In this document: positions 1 through 11,000 of the stretch, piece by piece | Layout: the number at the start of each line of letters is the position of its first letter | Numbering within the stretch: the stretch's first letter is position 1 | Origin: a bacterium | Lineage (GTDB): Bacteria > Planctomycetota > UBA8108 > UBA1146 | Assembly (NCBI GenBank): GCA_029976805.1 | Contig: JAPOLY010000001.1 | Span: 49,309-113,308 of the forward strand | DNA length: 64,000 nt | Reading direction: 5' to 3' | Translations under genes and position numbers: made by a program | Notes under the pieces: model-generated | The model's input: the letters and a program-made list of their open reading frames with translations, nothing else | What the model was told of the DNA's origin: nothing | Databases searched by the model: none

Positions 1-705
1 CTCGTGGGGACCGGTTCCAACAAGAGAGAGTGGGTTCATGAGTTTTTTGCAGGTGCAAAAAATCTCCTTCAAAGAGCACCGATCTTTCCAACGCTCGGGA
101 ATCATGAACAAAACGCCCAGTTGTACTACGATTACTTCACTCTTCCCGATCCAGAGTTTTATTACGACTATGTTTGGGGAAATACGCACTTTTTCGTCAT
201 CGACACCAACAAGTCCGTGAGTCCAGATACTGATCAGGTCAAGTGGCTCGAAAAAGCTCTCAAGAGGAGCAAGGCTGAATGGAAAGTGGTCTATCATCAC
301 CATCCGGCATGGACCTCTGACGAAAACGATTACGGGAACACCTGGAAGGGCAGTTCGGCTCAGGGAGTCCTGGCGATTCAGGATCATCTGGTTCCCATTT
401 ATGAACGACATGGTGTGGACGTCGTTTTCAATGGGCATATTCATGTCTATGAGCGCACTTGGCCTATTCGGAACGGCAAGACGGTTGGTCCTGGCAAAGG
501 TGTTGTTTACATTACTGGGGGTGGTGGAGGCGGACATTTGGAAGGTTTTGCTCCCAATCGAACCTGGTTCAGCAGTAACAAGCGGGTCGATCACCACTTC
601 CTGATGGTCAATGTCAACGGCGGTCAAATGGAGATTTCTGCCTATGACATCGAGGGAAGACTGTTTGATCGACTCCTTTTGAACACAACAGACAGGCGCA
701 AATGA
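1..705 (+). CDS. Purple-acid-phosphatase-like calcineurin-family metallophosphoesterase, 5' end outside window
   Basis: Motifs TLGNHE, VYHHHP and FNGHIHVYER; the frame is open from the window edge. Confidence 0.85.
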   Translation, partial: LVGTGSNKREWVHEFFAGAKNLLQRAPIFPTLGNHEQNAQLYYDYFTLPDPEFYYDYVWGNTHFFVIDTNKSVSPDTDQVKWLEKALKRSKAEWKVVYHHHPAWTSDENDYGNTWKGSSAQGVLAIQDHLVPIYERHGVDVVFNGHIHVYERTWPIRNGKTVGPGKGVVYITGGGGGGHLEGFAPNRTWFSSNKRVDHHFLMVNVNGGQMEISAYDIEGRLFDRLLLNTTDRRK

Positions 706-1577
706 TCTCTCTTCTTCCTTTGGAATCGGAGCCTGACCTCTCCCTGAATGAATTGGGAGACCAACTCAGGGATCTTCTCGGCGATGAAACCATTATTCGT
801 CTCGCGGATGAGGGCAGTACGGTGGTGGCGGAAATCGCTGGGGTTTCTGTCAAGGTCACCCTTTGTGATGAGCCGGTTCCTGCGGAAATCCTCGAAGGTC
901 CCTTGTCGGCCGCCTGGTATTGGGAAGATGGGGCCTCAGTCCTCCAGCGTCATGAAGCCCATTTGTTTGTGGTGGTCAGTGATCCCCGCCTTCCTGAGCA
1001 GTCTCCTGAAAGTACTTCCGACAGTGAAGCAGTGCCGGATGTCAGCCCCAGCAAGGGGGTGATTGAGATATACCCTGAGGCCCCGGCAGCTCCTGTTCTC
1101 GATGAGGAGGCGATTCGTTTCTCAGTTCAGGATGCCCTGCTTTTGACGAGGGTTTCCCTGTTGCTGGGGGATTGCTGCTCTGCTTTGGCAGTTTATTGGG
1201 ATGGATCAACTTCGATTCATTCATGGACCGCCTTTGAAGAATCCTGCGCTGCGATGACCCCGACAAATTTGCCTTTGAGAATCTGGATCGATTTCCGGCT
1301 TTGGGAAGCCAAGGATGGAACCCGGGGATTAGTCACACGGGGAATGACAGCCCTCGGTCAGCGAGAACTGGAAGTGATTGGTTCTACCAGCAGTGCCCAA
1401 CAGATCCGGGCTTGGAGTTATACCGTGGCTCATTATTGCCTCGAAAAGAACAAGGTTCTCGAGCATGGTCAAGCTGTCGGAATATCACCGAAGGAGTGGA
1501 TCCGGACATGGATCGTCAACAGTCGCCTCGAACCGGGTTCGTGGGCGATCTGGCTTGACCTTGAGGCGGAAGAATAA
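702..1577 (+). CDS. DUF4261-like hypothetical protein
   Basis: 291 aa ORF with ATGA overlap to the upstream gene; HxAHL, AVYW, LPLxIWIDF and TRGMxALGxRELE pattern resembles DUF4261 proteins. Confidence 0.55.
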   Translation: MISLLPLESEPDLSLNELGDQLRDLLGDETIIRLADEGSTVVAEIAGVSVKVTLCDEPVPAEILEGPLSAAWYWEDGASVLQRHEAHLFVVVSDPRLPEQSPESTSDSEAVPDVSPSKGVIEIYPEAPAAPVLDEEAIRFSVQDALLLTRVSLLLGDCCSALAVYWDGSTSIHSWTAFEESCAAMTPTNLPLRIWIDFRLWEAKDGTRGLVTRGMTALGQRELEVIGSTSSAQQIRAWSYTVAHYCLEKNKVLEHGQAVGISPKEWIRTWIVNSRLEPGSWAIWLDLEAEE

Positions 1578-1582
1578 CTGCT

Positions 1583-2770
1583 TTGCGAAAACTGTTGGCC
1601 CTGACCACGAGCCGTGCTGATTGGGGACATTTGTCCTCGCCCCTCAAAGCCCTGCGACGGGTTTCCGGGCTTCAGGTGTCTCTCGCAGCACTGGGCTCAC
1701 ACCTTTCACCCGAGTTTGGCTACACCGTCGATGACATTCTCGCCGATGGGTTTGAAGTGGATCACCGGGTGGAGTGTCTGCTCAGTAGTGATTCTGAACA
1801 GGGAATGGCGAAAACCATCGGATTGGCGACCCTCTCTCTTTCCGACCTTTTCGCCAGAGAAAAGCCGGACCAGCTTCTTCTGATCGCCGATCGTTATGAA
1901 ATGCTTGCACCCGCCTCTGTTGCTTTGGCTCACAGAATCCCTGTGGCGCACATTGAAGGGGGAGAGGTTTCCGAGGGGGCCATCGATCATGCCGTCAGAC
2001 AGGCATTGACCTCGATGTCGCATATCCACTTCGTTCCAACCGCCACTGCCCGCAAAAGGTTGCTGGCTTTCGGAGAAGAACCCTGGCGTATTCATCAGGT
2101 GGGTGCCCCCAGTATCGATCATCTGGTTGCAGGGAAATCACTGTCAGAAGTGGAAGTCCGAAAGACGCTGGATTTGAGAGAGGGTGTTTCTCCTCTGGTG
2201 GTCGCATGGCACCCGACGACCCTTGATGGAAATGTGGCTCTGGAAACAGATCCTTTTTTCGCTGCTCTCGAGACTGTCCGGGAGCCCCTGATTTTCTGTT
2301 TTCCCAATGCGGATGCAGGTAGCCGGGCGATTCGGGATCGGGCCCGAGAGTATTGTTCTCGTCATGACCACGCCTCGATGCACGTCAATCTTTCCCATCA
2401 TCTGTATTGGGGTTTGCTGAGAGTCGCCAAAGGAATCATCGGCAACTCTTCCAGTGGGATTATGGAAGCCCCGGCCATCGAATTGCCCTGTCTGAATGTG
2501 GGCCGTCGCCAACAGGGACGTGAACGCAGTCGCTGCATTGTCGATGTTCCTGCAGTCGAACAGGAAATCGTCACCGGTCTTGCAAAAATCTGCGACCCCG
2601 AATTCAAAGCGTCCCTGAACGGTATGACTCACGCTTATGGAGACGGAAACGCCGGGGAAAGAATGGCATCGGTTTTGGCAGATCTTCCGAGTCGCGAAAA
2701 ACTGTTGTTGAAGAGAGCGATGCCCGCAAACAGGATTCCGGAAATTCCCGAGTGGCAACCGGAGGACTGA
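1583..2770 (+). CDS. neuC: UDP-N-acetylglucosamine 2-epimerase, hydrolysing (NeuC/LegG family)
   Basis: TTSRADWG, ADRYE, HIEGGEVSEGAID, FPNADAG, GNSSSGI and YGDG motifs; TTG start. Confidence 0.85.
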   Translation: MRKLLALTTSRADWGHLSSPLKALRRVSGLQVSLAALGSHLSPEFGYTVDDILADGFEVDHRVECLLSSDSEQGMAKTIGLATLSLSDLFAREKPDQLLLIADRYEMLAPASVALAHRIPVAHIEGGEVSEGAIDHAVRQALTSMSHIHFVPTATARKRLLAFGEEPWRIHQVGAPSIDHLVAGKSLSEVEVRKTLDLREGVSPLVVAWHPTTLDGNVALETDPFFAALETVREPLIFCFPNADAGSRAIRDRAREYCSRHDHASMHVNLSHHLYWGLLRVAKGIIGNSSSGIMEAPAIELPCLNVGRRQQGRERSRCIVDVPAVEQEIVTGLAKICDPEFKASLNGMTHAYGDGNAGERMASVLADLPSREKLLLKRAMPANRIPEIPEWQPED

Positions 2771-2780
2771 GCTGTCGGAG

Positions 2781-4382
2781 TCAGTTCCTGTTTTGCAGAG
2801 TCCTGCCAGCGGCTGCGCGAATGACCACCCACATCGAGTCAACCTCCGCCACCTTCAGCCAACGACCCACCCCTGTGGCAATCAATACTCCCAGCAGGAT
2901 CGCAGTACCCAGAATCAGGTAGGCCCGCCCCGGAAATCCGGGGGTCCAGTCGGTGAGACCCTGAATCCAGTGATGAGCCCCCTGATGAACGACGAGAATC
3001 AACAGGGTCAATTTCAGTCCTTGGCTCCATCGAAGACGGGGGAGAGTCAGTGATCGACGAATCAATCCCTGCAGTGCCAGCCAGGTGAAGATTGCTGAGA
3101 TGACATAGGACTGGGCAATCAGGTCGGTACCCACCTCGAAGAATCCTCCGAATAGAATGACGGTTTGCAGGATGAGACCGAGCAGCGTGATCCCCAGTAC
3201 TGCCTTGCGAAGACCGAGTGTGATGGCGGTTCTCTGCAGGCCGACATTCAAGGCTGCAAAGGGGATCGCCAGGCAGTACCAACTCAGGATTTCTGCAGTT
3301 TTCAGTCCATCCGCGGGTGTGAATTCGCCCCACACAAAAAACGATTGAATTACGAGACCTGCAGTGGCCAGTAGCCCGGCACCGGCGAGTCCCCCGACAA
3401 ATGCGGTCAGTCGCTGATTGCGCGTCAGCATTCTGGAGAGCTGTCCCCGTTGTCCCCGGCTGAGGAGGTCTGCGGATTCGTCGGCGGCGACGATGCCGCT
3501 GCTGACACCGATCAGTGCGATGGGGAAAAAGTGAAATCGGAAAGCGGTTTCGAGGCAGGTCAGGCTTCCGGTCTGCAGCCCCGAGGCGAGATGAAAGGCG
3601 AGCAGGGAATACGATTGGATGAGAATCTGACTGAGGAGGAGAGCTCCAAAGTCGAGAAGGAAACGGCCATGACCGGGGACCTTCCAGCGCAGTGTCGGCC
3701 AGGGGATCGGGGCATGACGGGAAACATCGCGAAGCATCCCCAGAGCCCCCAGCAAGGCACCTCCCAGAAAGGCCCAGATCCACCCCTGTGCCCGTTCAAG
3801 GTCCGAGACTCCCATGACCAACATGATGCTTCCGGAGGCCAACAGGGTCAGATTCTGGAAGATCTGTGGCCTCAGAGCCTGAGAGTCCTGGCGATGGCAG
3901 TGCAGCAAACCTCTGAAGACGGCAAAGAAGGGAACGAGGGCGAGATAGGGCAGGAGGCTTCGCAGTCCGCGGACTGCCTGATCCCTGTTCTCGAGTCCGG
4001 GAAAAACCGTACCGATGATCCAATCGGCCTGCCAGGCGAGCACGGTGAGAAGGGTCAGCGACAGCAGGGTGATGGACCCCATCGCCGCACGGGCGAATTG
4101 ATGACTGGCAGTGGAATCCGCAGACTGCTGTTGCTCCCGGTAGGCCGGTGAAAAAGAGGCAGAAAGCGCTCCTTCAGAAAGCATGTCGCGGAGAATCACC
4201 GGAATTCGCAGTGCCGCCCGAAGTGCATCCGCAGTGGCACTGGCACCCAACAAGGTGGTGAGAAGAATATCCCTGAAGAGGCCGAGGATTCTGGAGATCA
4301 GCATCGTTCTGCCGAGAGGGCCGACCCGACGTACCTCCGCATCGCCTCGATCAGTTTTTGGCGAGTTCTCAGGGGGCATCAC
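2781..4382 (-). CDS. murJ: Lipid II flippase MurJ/MviN, divergent
   Basis: SRILGLFRD, ADA..AALRIP, EGALSASFSP, A.RF..FPIALIG and WGEFT..D motifs; many TM segments. Confidence 0.8.
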   Translation of the reverse strand: MMPPENSPKTDRGDAEVRRVGPLGRTMLISRILGLFRDILLTTLLGASATADALRAALRIPVILRDMLSEGALSASFSPAYREQQQSADSTASHQFARAAMGSITLLSLTLLTVLAWQADWIIGTVFPGLENRDQAVRGLRSLLPYLALVPFFAVFRGLLHCHRQDSQALRPQIFQNLTLLASGSIMLVMGVSDLERAQGWIWAFLGGALLGALGMLRDVSRHAPIPWPTLRWKVPGHGRFLLDFGALLLSQILIQSYSLLAFHLASGLQTGSLTCLETAFRFHFFPIALIGVSSGIVAADESADLLSRGQRGQLSRMLTRNQRLTAFVGGLAGAGLLATAGLVIQSFFVWGEFTPADGLKTAEILSWYCLAIPFAALNVGLQRTAITLGLRKAVLGITLLGLILQTVILFGGFFEVGTDLIAQSYVISAIFTWLALQGLIRRSLTLPRLRWSQGLKLTLLILVVHQGAHHWIQGLTDWTPGFPGRAYLILGTAILLGVLIATGVGRWLKVAEVDSMWVVIRAAAGRTLQNRN

Positions 4383-4458
4383 TTCTCCTCTTTGCAGCCT
4401 CGAGGCCGAATGATAGCGGATTCCCGTGGAGTATGGCTATCGACGATTCGACACCGAC

Positions 4459-4494
4459 AAAAAAAGAGGCCCGGGAGTGATTCTCCCGGGCCTC
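4459..4494 (-). terminator. Intrinsic terminator after the 4521-7760 gene
   Basis: GAGGCCCGGGAG-TGATT-CTCCCGGGCCTC hairpin preceded by A7 on + (U-tract on -). Confidence 0.85.
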
Positions 4495-4520
4495 CAATCT
4501 GCCTTGTTCCTGAAGAAAGA

Positions 4521-7500
4521 TCAGGGGCAGGGGTCGTAGGCGCCACAATCGAGGCTGTCCGCAGTCGGGTCATCGCCACATGCACCGAATGGATCGGGAA
4601 GGGGGCCGGAACCGCTAAAGAGGCTACCCAAAGAGGAAATCGCATCGGCAATGTTGATGCTGCCGTCGTCATTGGAATCGCAAGAATCGACGCAGGTTCC
4701 GTCGGGTCCTCCCGAGAAGAGGTTGCCGAGAAGGAAGACGGCGTCGGCGATGTTGAAGGCCCCATCCGAGTTGCAGTCACCTCTCTGGAAACCACCTCCG
4801 GGGGTGACACCGCCACCCGCCAGGAAATCGCGGTAAGCCGCAACCAGAGCGTTTTGATCTCCACCATATCCACCCAACTCGAAGGAAGAGCAGATCACGC
4901 GTCCACCGTTGCCAGGAATGTAGGCAGTGGTGACCCCGTAGGCGAGACCAAGGGCGTCATCGAACTGCCACACCAGACCTGCATCTCCGCCAGCAGGTTC
5001 AGCCGTGGCAGGGATCAGGATATTGGTGAAGTCATTGGCGTTGCCGGTCGCAGACTGGTTGTCCTGGTTGTAGGGCACATTCTGATTGGCGGACATGTCG
5101 AGGCCGAGGCCGCTGTCCTGACCATCGAGGCTGACCAGTGAATCGGTGTCGTCCTGAGCGTAGGGCTCAGCGACTCCGTCGCGGTCATCGAAGGCGGAGA
5201 TCGGATGCTGGAAACTCCAGTGGTCTGCACTCTCGAAGTAGATGGCGACTCCCGCTTCCGCAAGGCTTGCAACCAGATTGGCCTCGTCAACGTTGAGCTT
5301 GGCGTTGGTGGGGAAGGTACCGAGGAGGATCCAGACCTGCGAAACCTGTGCCGGATCGAGGCAGAGGTATTCGTCGATCTGCATGCGCACCAACTTGGAG
5401 TTGGCCCCCGCTGCAAGAAGTGCCTGCTGGACAGCAGCACCGGTATCGTTGGATCCGGTGTCTCCACCGTCGAAGAGACCTTCCATGGCGATCACGATGG
5501 TGTCTTCGCCATTGTAGCTGTAGTGATCGGTGGACCCGGAGGCTTCGCCGGCACCGGCAGTACAGTTGCCTCGCACGATGTAGCTCAGGAAGCCCTCTGG
5601 CGGAGAAGCGTCCGAGTAGGTCGTGGCATCACCGGGCAGGTTAGCGATCACGACACCGTCGCGCTCGATGGTGACTCCGGTGTAAGCACTGTTGTTGATC
5701 CAGGCCAGATCGACACTGTCGAGGGCACAGGAACTGGTAACAGTCAGATCGGTTGGGGCATTGCATTCCGCAGCACAAACCTGCAGGGCCCAGCCGGAAA
5801 GGGTGGCGGTCGCAGCGGTGTTCGCCACAGTCAGTGTCCAGTCACCACCGAGAGTCTCACCGTCGAAATCAGCCAAAATACCCGGACCGGACGGAATCAG
5901 GGATCCGAAACCGTCATTGTTGCCAGTGGCATCATCGAAGCGTCCGATCAGATCGGTTCCGGCACCGTTGTCATGCAGGCGAATACTGGTGCCTGCCGGA
6001 GAGAGCAGGTCGATGGCCACGCCGCTCAGATCCGGTGCTGCCAGATTCATGTCCACGTCGAGGTCGTTGATACCGATCAGCGAAGTGGGGTCGATACTGA
6101 TGGTGTAGGTTTCGACACCATTGATGGCCGCAGGCTGGGCGATCTGAACGCTCCAGCTGTCGAGGGTTCCACCTCCGGTACTGGGGAAGATATCCGCGAT
6201 CACGATGGCCCAGCTGCCACTGACCGGCTCACCGTCGAAATCGGCAAGGGATCCGGTGCCCTGGGAAAGGGCGTAGGGCTGCATGCGGACGCCACTGAAA
6301 GTGGTGTTACTGCCGTAGGGAACTCCTTCGTCATCGAAGATCAAGTTCATGTTGTCATCGGAGTTGTTTTCGTTCTGGTACAGACGCACCTGAGTGTTGC
6401 TGGGTGCGACCACATCGATGTCGAGGTTACCGATGAAGCCGTGGGTGATATTCACGCCGACGTCGAGGTCATCGATGGTTCCGGTTCCGGTGACATTGAT
6501 GGTGTCAAAGGTGAAGTTGGTTGCAGGGTCACCCACATAGGCGATCGGTGCCGCGGGTGCACTGGTGCCACCGATACCGATGAAGCCGTCGAAGGAAAGG
6601 TTCGGATTCGGGAACTGGTGACAGTCTGCAGGCGGGCAACTGACGGTCAGGGTGAGATCACCCCGCTCGCCATTGAAGCCACCAATCTGGACCAGGTAGG
6701 TCTCACCGGCGATGGCGTCGAGGAAGATCTCCGGCTCACCGGAACCGACACAGCTTCCGGAGTCACAGGCCAGTTCTGATGCGGCATCCGGAGGGCAGGC
6801 AGAGGTTCCAGGGTAGATGGCCATCTGAGGGTTGAAGTCGGCCGTGCCGCAGGTGGTTAGCGTGATGAGTCCACTGCAGGACGCGGTGTAGAGGTACCAG
6901 ACGTCATTGAGATTGCTGCCACCGCATGAGGAGGGACCATCACTGGAGGCTCCCAGAGTGGTGACGGCGACGCTTCCCTCACCAATGGGGGTGGCGTCCG
7001 CACAGTTGTCATTGGCAGGCGGTGCCGCACAGAAGGGGTCACCGGTGCAGTCGTCATCAAGGCAGTCCACAAGTCCGTCGCCATCGTCATCGCCACCGTT
7101 GTCACAGACTTCAGGGCAGATGTTAGGCAGTCCCGGGGTATCCAGAGTGAGATCTCCGAAGGGCTGGATCTCCCAGCTACCGTTTCCGTCAGGGCAGCGG
7201 ACGGGGTGAGCCGGGACAAAGGTGCCATCGGGACCCAGAGTGGTGGAGCAGTAAACGAGTTCTCCGCCAGTGGGAAGTCCGGTCGTCGGATCCAGAGGAT
7301 TTTCGAGGACGGCCAGGCAGTCGATGATGGATGTCCATGGAGTGACATCGAGAACACCGTCGTCATCAGTGTCCAGATCATCACCGGCGGCACCTGTGAA
7401 TCCTTCGACGAGAAGGTGGGTGACGTTGTCGCTGTTTTCAAAGGCGAGATCGGTGATCAGATCTGCGGTTCCCAGAGTGAAGGAACTTTCTGCAGCCACA

Positions 7501-7760
7501 AAGATCCCGGTCAAACCGATGGAGTTTCCGGCGAGACTGACGACGGCTTCCACGGTTCCACTGCCGGTGGAGCCATCACCGATGACGATGTAGGTGAAGG
7601 TATCCAGACTCGAAGCCGCTGGACCCCACAACTCAAAATATTCATCAGTGTCTGAACCACCCTGATCGATGCGGAATTCATTGATCGTCACCTGGGCCTG
7701 GGCCGAAACGGTGAAGACGGTGAAAAGGAGCAGGAGCACCCCTGTTAAAACTCTGTTCAT
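4521..7760 (-). CDS. Secreted modular Cys/Asp-rich surface protein 1: lamin-tail-like domain, Cys-Asp repeat, PxNDxC domain, two proprotein-convertase P-domain-like modules, FN3-like module, shared ~230 aa domain, dockerin-like tail
   Basis: ATG 7760 with GGAGG RBS; signal peptide ending AQA; VTINEFRID start; two DLDV...LADFDGE..G.W modules; FQRGDCNSDG...DSNDDGSINIAD tail. Confidence 0.8.
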   Translation of the reverse strand: MNRVLTGVLLLLFTVFTVSAQAQVTINEFRIDQGGSDTDEYFELWGPAASSLDTFTYIVIGDGSTGSGTVEAVVSLAGNSIGLTGIFVAAESSFTLGTADLITDLAFENSDNVTHLLVEGFTGAAGDDLDTDDDGVLDVTPWTSIIDCLAVLENPLDPTTGLPTGGELVYCSTTLGPDGTFVPAHPVRCPDGNGSWEIQPFGDLTLDTPGLPNICPEVCDNGGDDDGDGLVDCLDDDCTGDPFCAAPPANDNCADATPIGEGSVAVTTLGASSDGPSSCGGSNLNDVWYLYTASCSGLITLTTCGTADFNPQMAIYPGTSACPPDAASELACDSGSCVGSGEPEIFLDAIAGETYLVQIGGFNGERGDLTLTVSCPPADCHQFPNPNLSFDGFIGIGGTSAPAAPIAYVGDPATNFTFDTINVTGTGTIDDLDVGVNITHGFIGNLDIDVVAPSNTQVRLYQNENNSDDNMNLIFDDEGVPYGSNTTFSGVRMQPYALSQGTGSLADFDGEPVSGSWAIVIADIFPSTGGGTLDSWSVQIAQPAAINGVETYTISIDPTSLIGINDLDVDMNLAAPDLSGVAIDLLSPAGTSIRLHDNGAGTDLIGRFDDATGNNDGFGSLIPSGPGILADFDGETLGGDWTLTVANTAATATLSGWALQVCAAECNAPTDLTVTSSCALDSVDLAWINNSAYTGVTIERDGVVIANLPGDATTYSDASPPEGFLSYIVRGNCTAGAGEASGSTDHYSYNGEDTIVIAMEGLFDGGDTGSNDTGAAVQQALLAAGANSKLVRMQIDEYLCLDPAQVSQVWILLGTFPTNAKLNVDEANLVASLAEAGVAIYFESADHWSFQHPISAFDDRDGVAEPYAQDDTDSLVSLDGQDSGLGLDMSANQNVPYNQDNQSATGNANDFTNILIPATAEPAGGDAGLVWQFDDALGLAYGVTTAYIPGNGGRVICSSFELGGYGGDQNALVAAYRDFLAGGGVTPGGGFQRGDCNSDGAFNIADAVFLLGNLFSGGPDGTCVDSCDSNDDGSINIADAISSLGSLFSGSGPLPDPFGACGDDPTADSLDCGAYDPCP

Positions 7761-7941
7761 TTGATTTTCCTCCAGAGTGGAACCCTCGCGTACCACTCAG
7801 TTGAAGTCGCATAAAACTTTGAATCTTGTTCTGCCAGATGATTGTCCATCAGTGATGAGTACCGTCGAAGGAACGATCAAACCGAGGTCTGAATCCGTGA
7901 ACCCAATAGTGAACCCATATTGTGAAAATCACCCACATCTC

Positions 7942-7970
7942 ATCGTAAGGGTCGAATAGGACTCTGGCAA
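7942..7970 (-). promoter_or_regulatory. Sigma70-like promoter for the 4521-7760 gene
   Basis: Minus strand TTGCCA-17 nt-TACGAT. Confidence 0.55.
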
Positions 7971-8015
7971 CATTCTCGGCCCTCGATCTTTCCCGGAATC
8001 CGCTGTTTCAGGGCC

Positions 8016-8061
8016 AAAAACAAAAAAATGGGTGGTGAGAGGAAAGCCTCTCACCACCCAT
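8016..8061 (-). terminator. Intrinsic terminator after the 8099-11545 gene
   Basis: 15 bp perfect stem ATGGGTGGTGAGAGG-AAAG-CCTCTCACCACCCAT preceded by A-tracts on +. Confidence 0.9.
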
Positions 8062-8098
8062 CAAGCGGACCTCATGAGATCCGATTCGCCGCTGTGGA

Positions 8099-11000
8099 TT
8101 AGCAGCCGTTGTAAGTGTCGCAGGTCAGACCATCGTCGGTCGGATCTTCGCCACAAACTGCCGGTCCCGGATCAGTCGGTGCAGGTCCACCGGAGAAGAG
8201 GGCAGCCAGACCGTAGATGGCGTCGGCGATGTTGACGCCGCCGTCGTCGTTCTGGTCACAGCTGTCGGCACAACCACAGGGGGTACCACCGGAGAAGAGG
8301 GCTGCCAGCAGGAAGACCTCGTCCGCGATGTTGAAACCACCGTCTTGGTTGGTATCACCACGCTTGAAGACGGGACCTCCGCCACCACCGCTCAGGAACT
8401 CAGCGTAGGCAAGAGACAGTGCAGACTGGTCTCCACCGTAACCACCGATCTCCCAGGACTGAACCACAGTGTTACCACCGACGGTGGTCTCACTGGCGAT
8501 ACCGGTGTTGTACTGCGGAATCGCTGCGCCAGTAGTGGGGTCGACAAGGGCGTCGTCAGAAGCCCAAATGACTCCAGCAGCGGCCACTCCGGCATCCGCA
8601 CCGGCAAGGGTCAACTGGTCAGTCCAGTCGTTGTCAGCCTGGTCCTGAGTGTAGGCCACGTCCTGGTTGGCACTCATGTCGAGTCCTGCACCAGAATCGA
8701 AACCGTCCATGGAGGTGAAGGTATCATCTCCGTCACCGGTGTCGTAGGTGCCGTCATCGACACCGTCACGGCCGTCGAAGAGGGAGGCGACGTGGAGGAA
8801 TCCGAAGTGATCTCCACCCTCGAAGTAAACGCCTTTTCCGGCTTCACCGAGGAGGGCCAATTCGTCACCTTCAGCGGCGGTGATGCGGTAGTCGTTGGGG
8901 ACCGTACCGGTCAGCGCCCAGATGTTGGCAACGCCGGCATCGCTGGCACAGGGGTAATCGACCCAGCTACCGCGAACGATGGCAGCGTCGCGACCAGCAC
9001 CGACGAGGGCGCTGAGAAGCAAATCGCCACTGTCGACAAGACCGACGTCTCCGCCAGTCTGAAGTCCCTCGACTGCGAAGATCAGATCGGTCTGACCTGC
9101 GTAGGTGAGCACGGAAACGCTGAGACCAACGGGGTTCGGACCACTGCCGCAATCGGTGACCACCTCGTACTGGTAGGTGCCGTCAGCCACGCCAAGATCG
9201 ACGTAAGTGGCGTCAGCAGCACCCAGAGTGGCCACGGAGACACCGTCACGAAGGACCTCTTGAGAGGATGCATTCGGGTTCGGGGTCCAGTTGAGGGTCA
9301 CGTCACCATTGGTGCAGTCAGCGGCACCGGTGAGGTTGGTCGCCGGAACGCAGTCATTAATGGTGTACTCAAGGGTTCCCACACCGGCAGCGTTGAAGGT
9401 ACCAAGGCGGATCAGGTATTCCTGACCAGCAGTGGCAGCGAAGACAGTCTCCGCAAGGAACACGTTGCAGGCGGGGTTGTTGGTCGGGTTGGCACCCACA
9501 TTGACGTCGTCACTGCAAGCCACGACCAGAGTCGGATCATCGAGCAGTGCGGCATCGTAGGTGTAGACGGCCAACATGGTGTCGGCACCGGCAATCACAG
9601 TATTCGGGCTGCAGGTGCTCACCAGCAGATCCCCGTCCACGGATGCGGTGTAACGAAGGAAGATGTCGTTGTTGATCTGGGTGATTCCGGTTCCGGGGTC
9701 ACAAACAGCCAGATCGATCGGCACACCGGTTGTGGTGGTGTAAGGCGTCGCAATCTCCTGCTGGAAAGTTCCAACAGCAGCAACGGAAGCACCAGCGGGC
9801 CAGTTATTGGCCGGAGCAGTCTGCAGGGTGCAACCGGCAGAGTTGATCAGAGCACCGGTACCACCTGCTCCAGACCAAGAGGTGATCAGAACATCGAGGT
9901 CCTGATACTCCGGCTGGGGAAGGGTCAGGAAGGAAAGATCAGTAGAGGGCAAGGTGGCTTCGACATTGCCATCGATCTCGATGATCCAGGAAGCGGCTCC
10001 TCCGGCATCATCCCAAGTCAGGTTCCAAGAAGTATCTCCCACGTTCTGATCGCACTGGAGATTGGCGATTCCACCCGCAGATCCGCAGGTTCCTGCAACA
10101 GCAACGGAGTAACCGATATCCATGATGTAACGGTTGTTGGGGAAACCAATTCCTGAAAGGGGGCTCGGTGAAGCGAGTCCACAAGCACCAGCAACGATGT
10201 AGCTGGTTCCAATCTCACCAGTGGCAGTAGCGTCAGTGAGTCCCATGTACCAGGAGTCTCCACCGTTGGCATTTCCATCGGGGGTGAAGATTTCCACAGC
10301 CAGATTTGCACTGGGGCCATAGGAAGTCATGCACTGAAGGGTGTTGGAGTTGGCGCCCAATCCATCAGGATCGACGACACCGGTTCCGAGAATGAAGTTG
10401 TAGATGTTGTCAGCAAGTTCAGGAACCTGGAACTCTTCCTCGTACACCATCAGCATGGTGGTGTTACCGGGATCGGGGGTTTGTCCGACGTTGGTTCCGG
10501 CAAGGTAGGTGAAGTTCTGGGGGCCACCTCCATTGAGGTCGATGATCAGACGGATACGAACCGGCTGGGTTCCACCTGCGAGCGCAGGGGTCGAAACGTT
10601 GACAGCAGTGGTCACACACTCGACGGTAATCTCGTCACTGACGCTGTAGCCGTTGACCAGATCGAAGGAACGCAGGTAAGAGTTGTCTGCATGAATACCA
10701 CCGGCACCACAGGCGACACCGCCACCGAGCGGAAGAACCGTCGGGATCGGAATCATGGAGCCAACCACAGTTGACGGGCAGGGCTCGGCAATGAAAACGG
10801 TGCAGCAGATCTGAGCACTGGCAACACCAGCGACCACACCCTCAAGACAAATGACGGTCAGACCCGGGGGGAATCCGGTCAGAATGTCCGTTGCCGCTCC
10901 GGCAGTTCCATCAAAGGTACCGGTGAGGGTTCCGTTGAGGTAGTAGTTCACAGTGTCGTACTGATCCTGGTTTTCCCAGGTCAGAGTCGCGGTGTCGGTT

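Noticed and set aside
7761-7796. ORF-track upstream starts (7796, 11734, 22785, 26999, 29241, 33006, 39726, 55299)
   Set aside because: Downstream starts have a better RBS, signal peptide or ATGA coupling, so coordinates were trimmed
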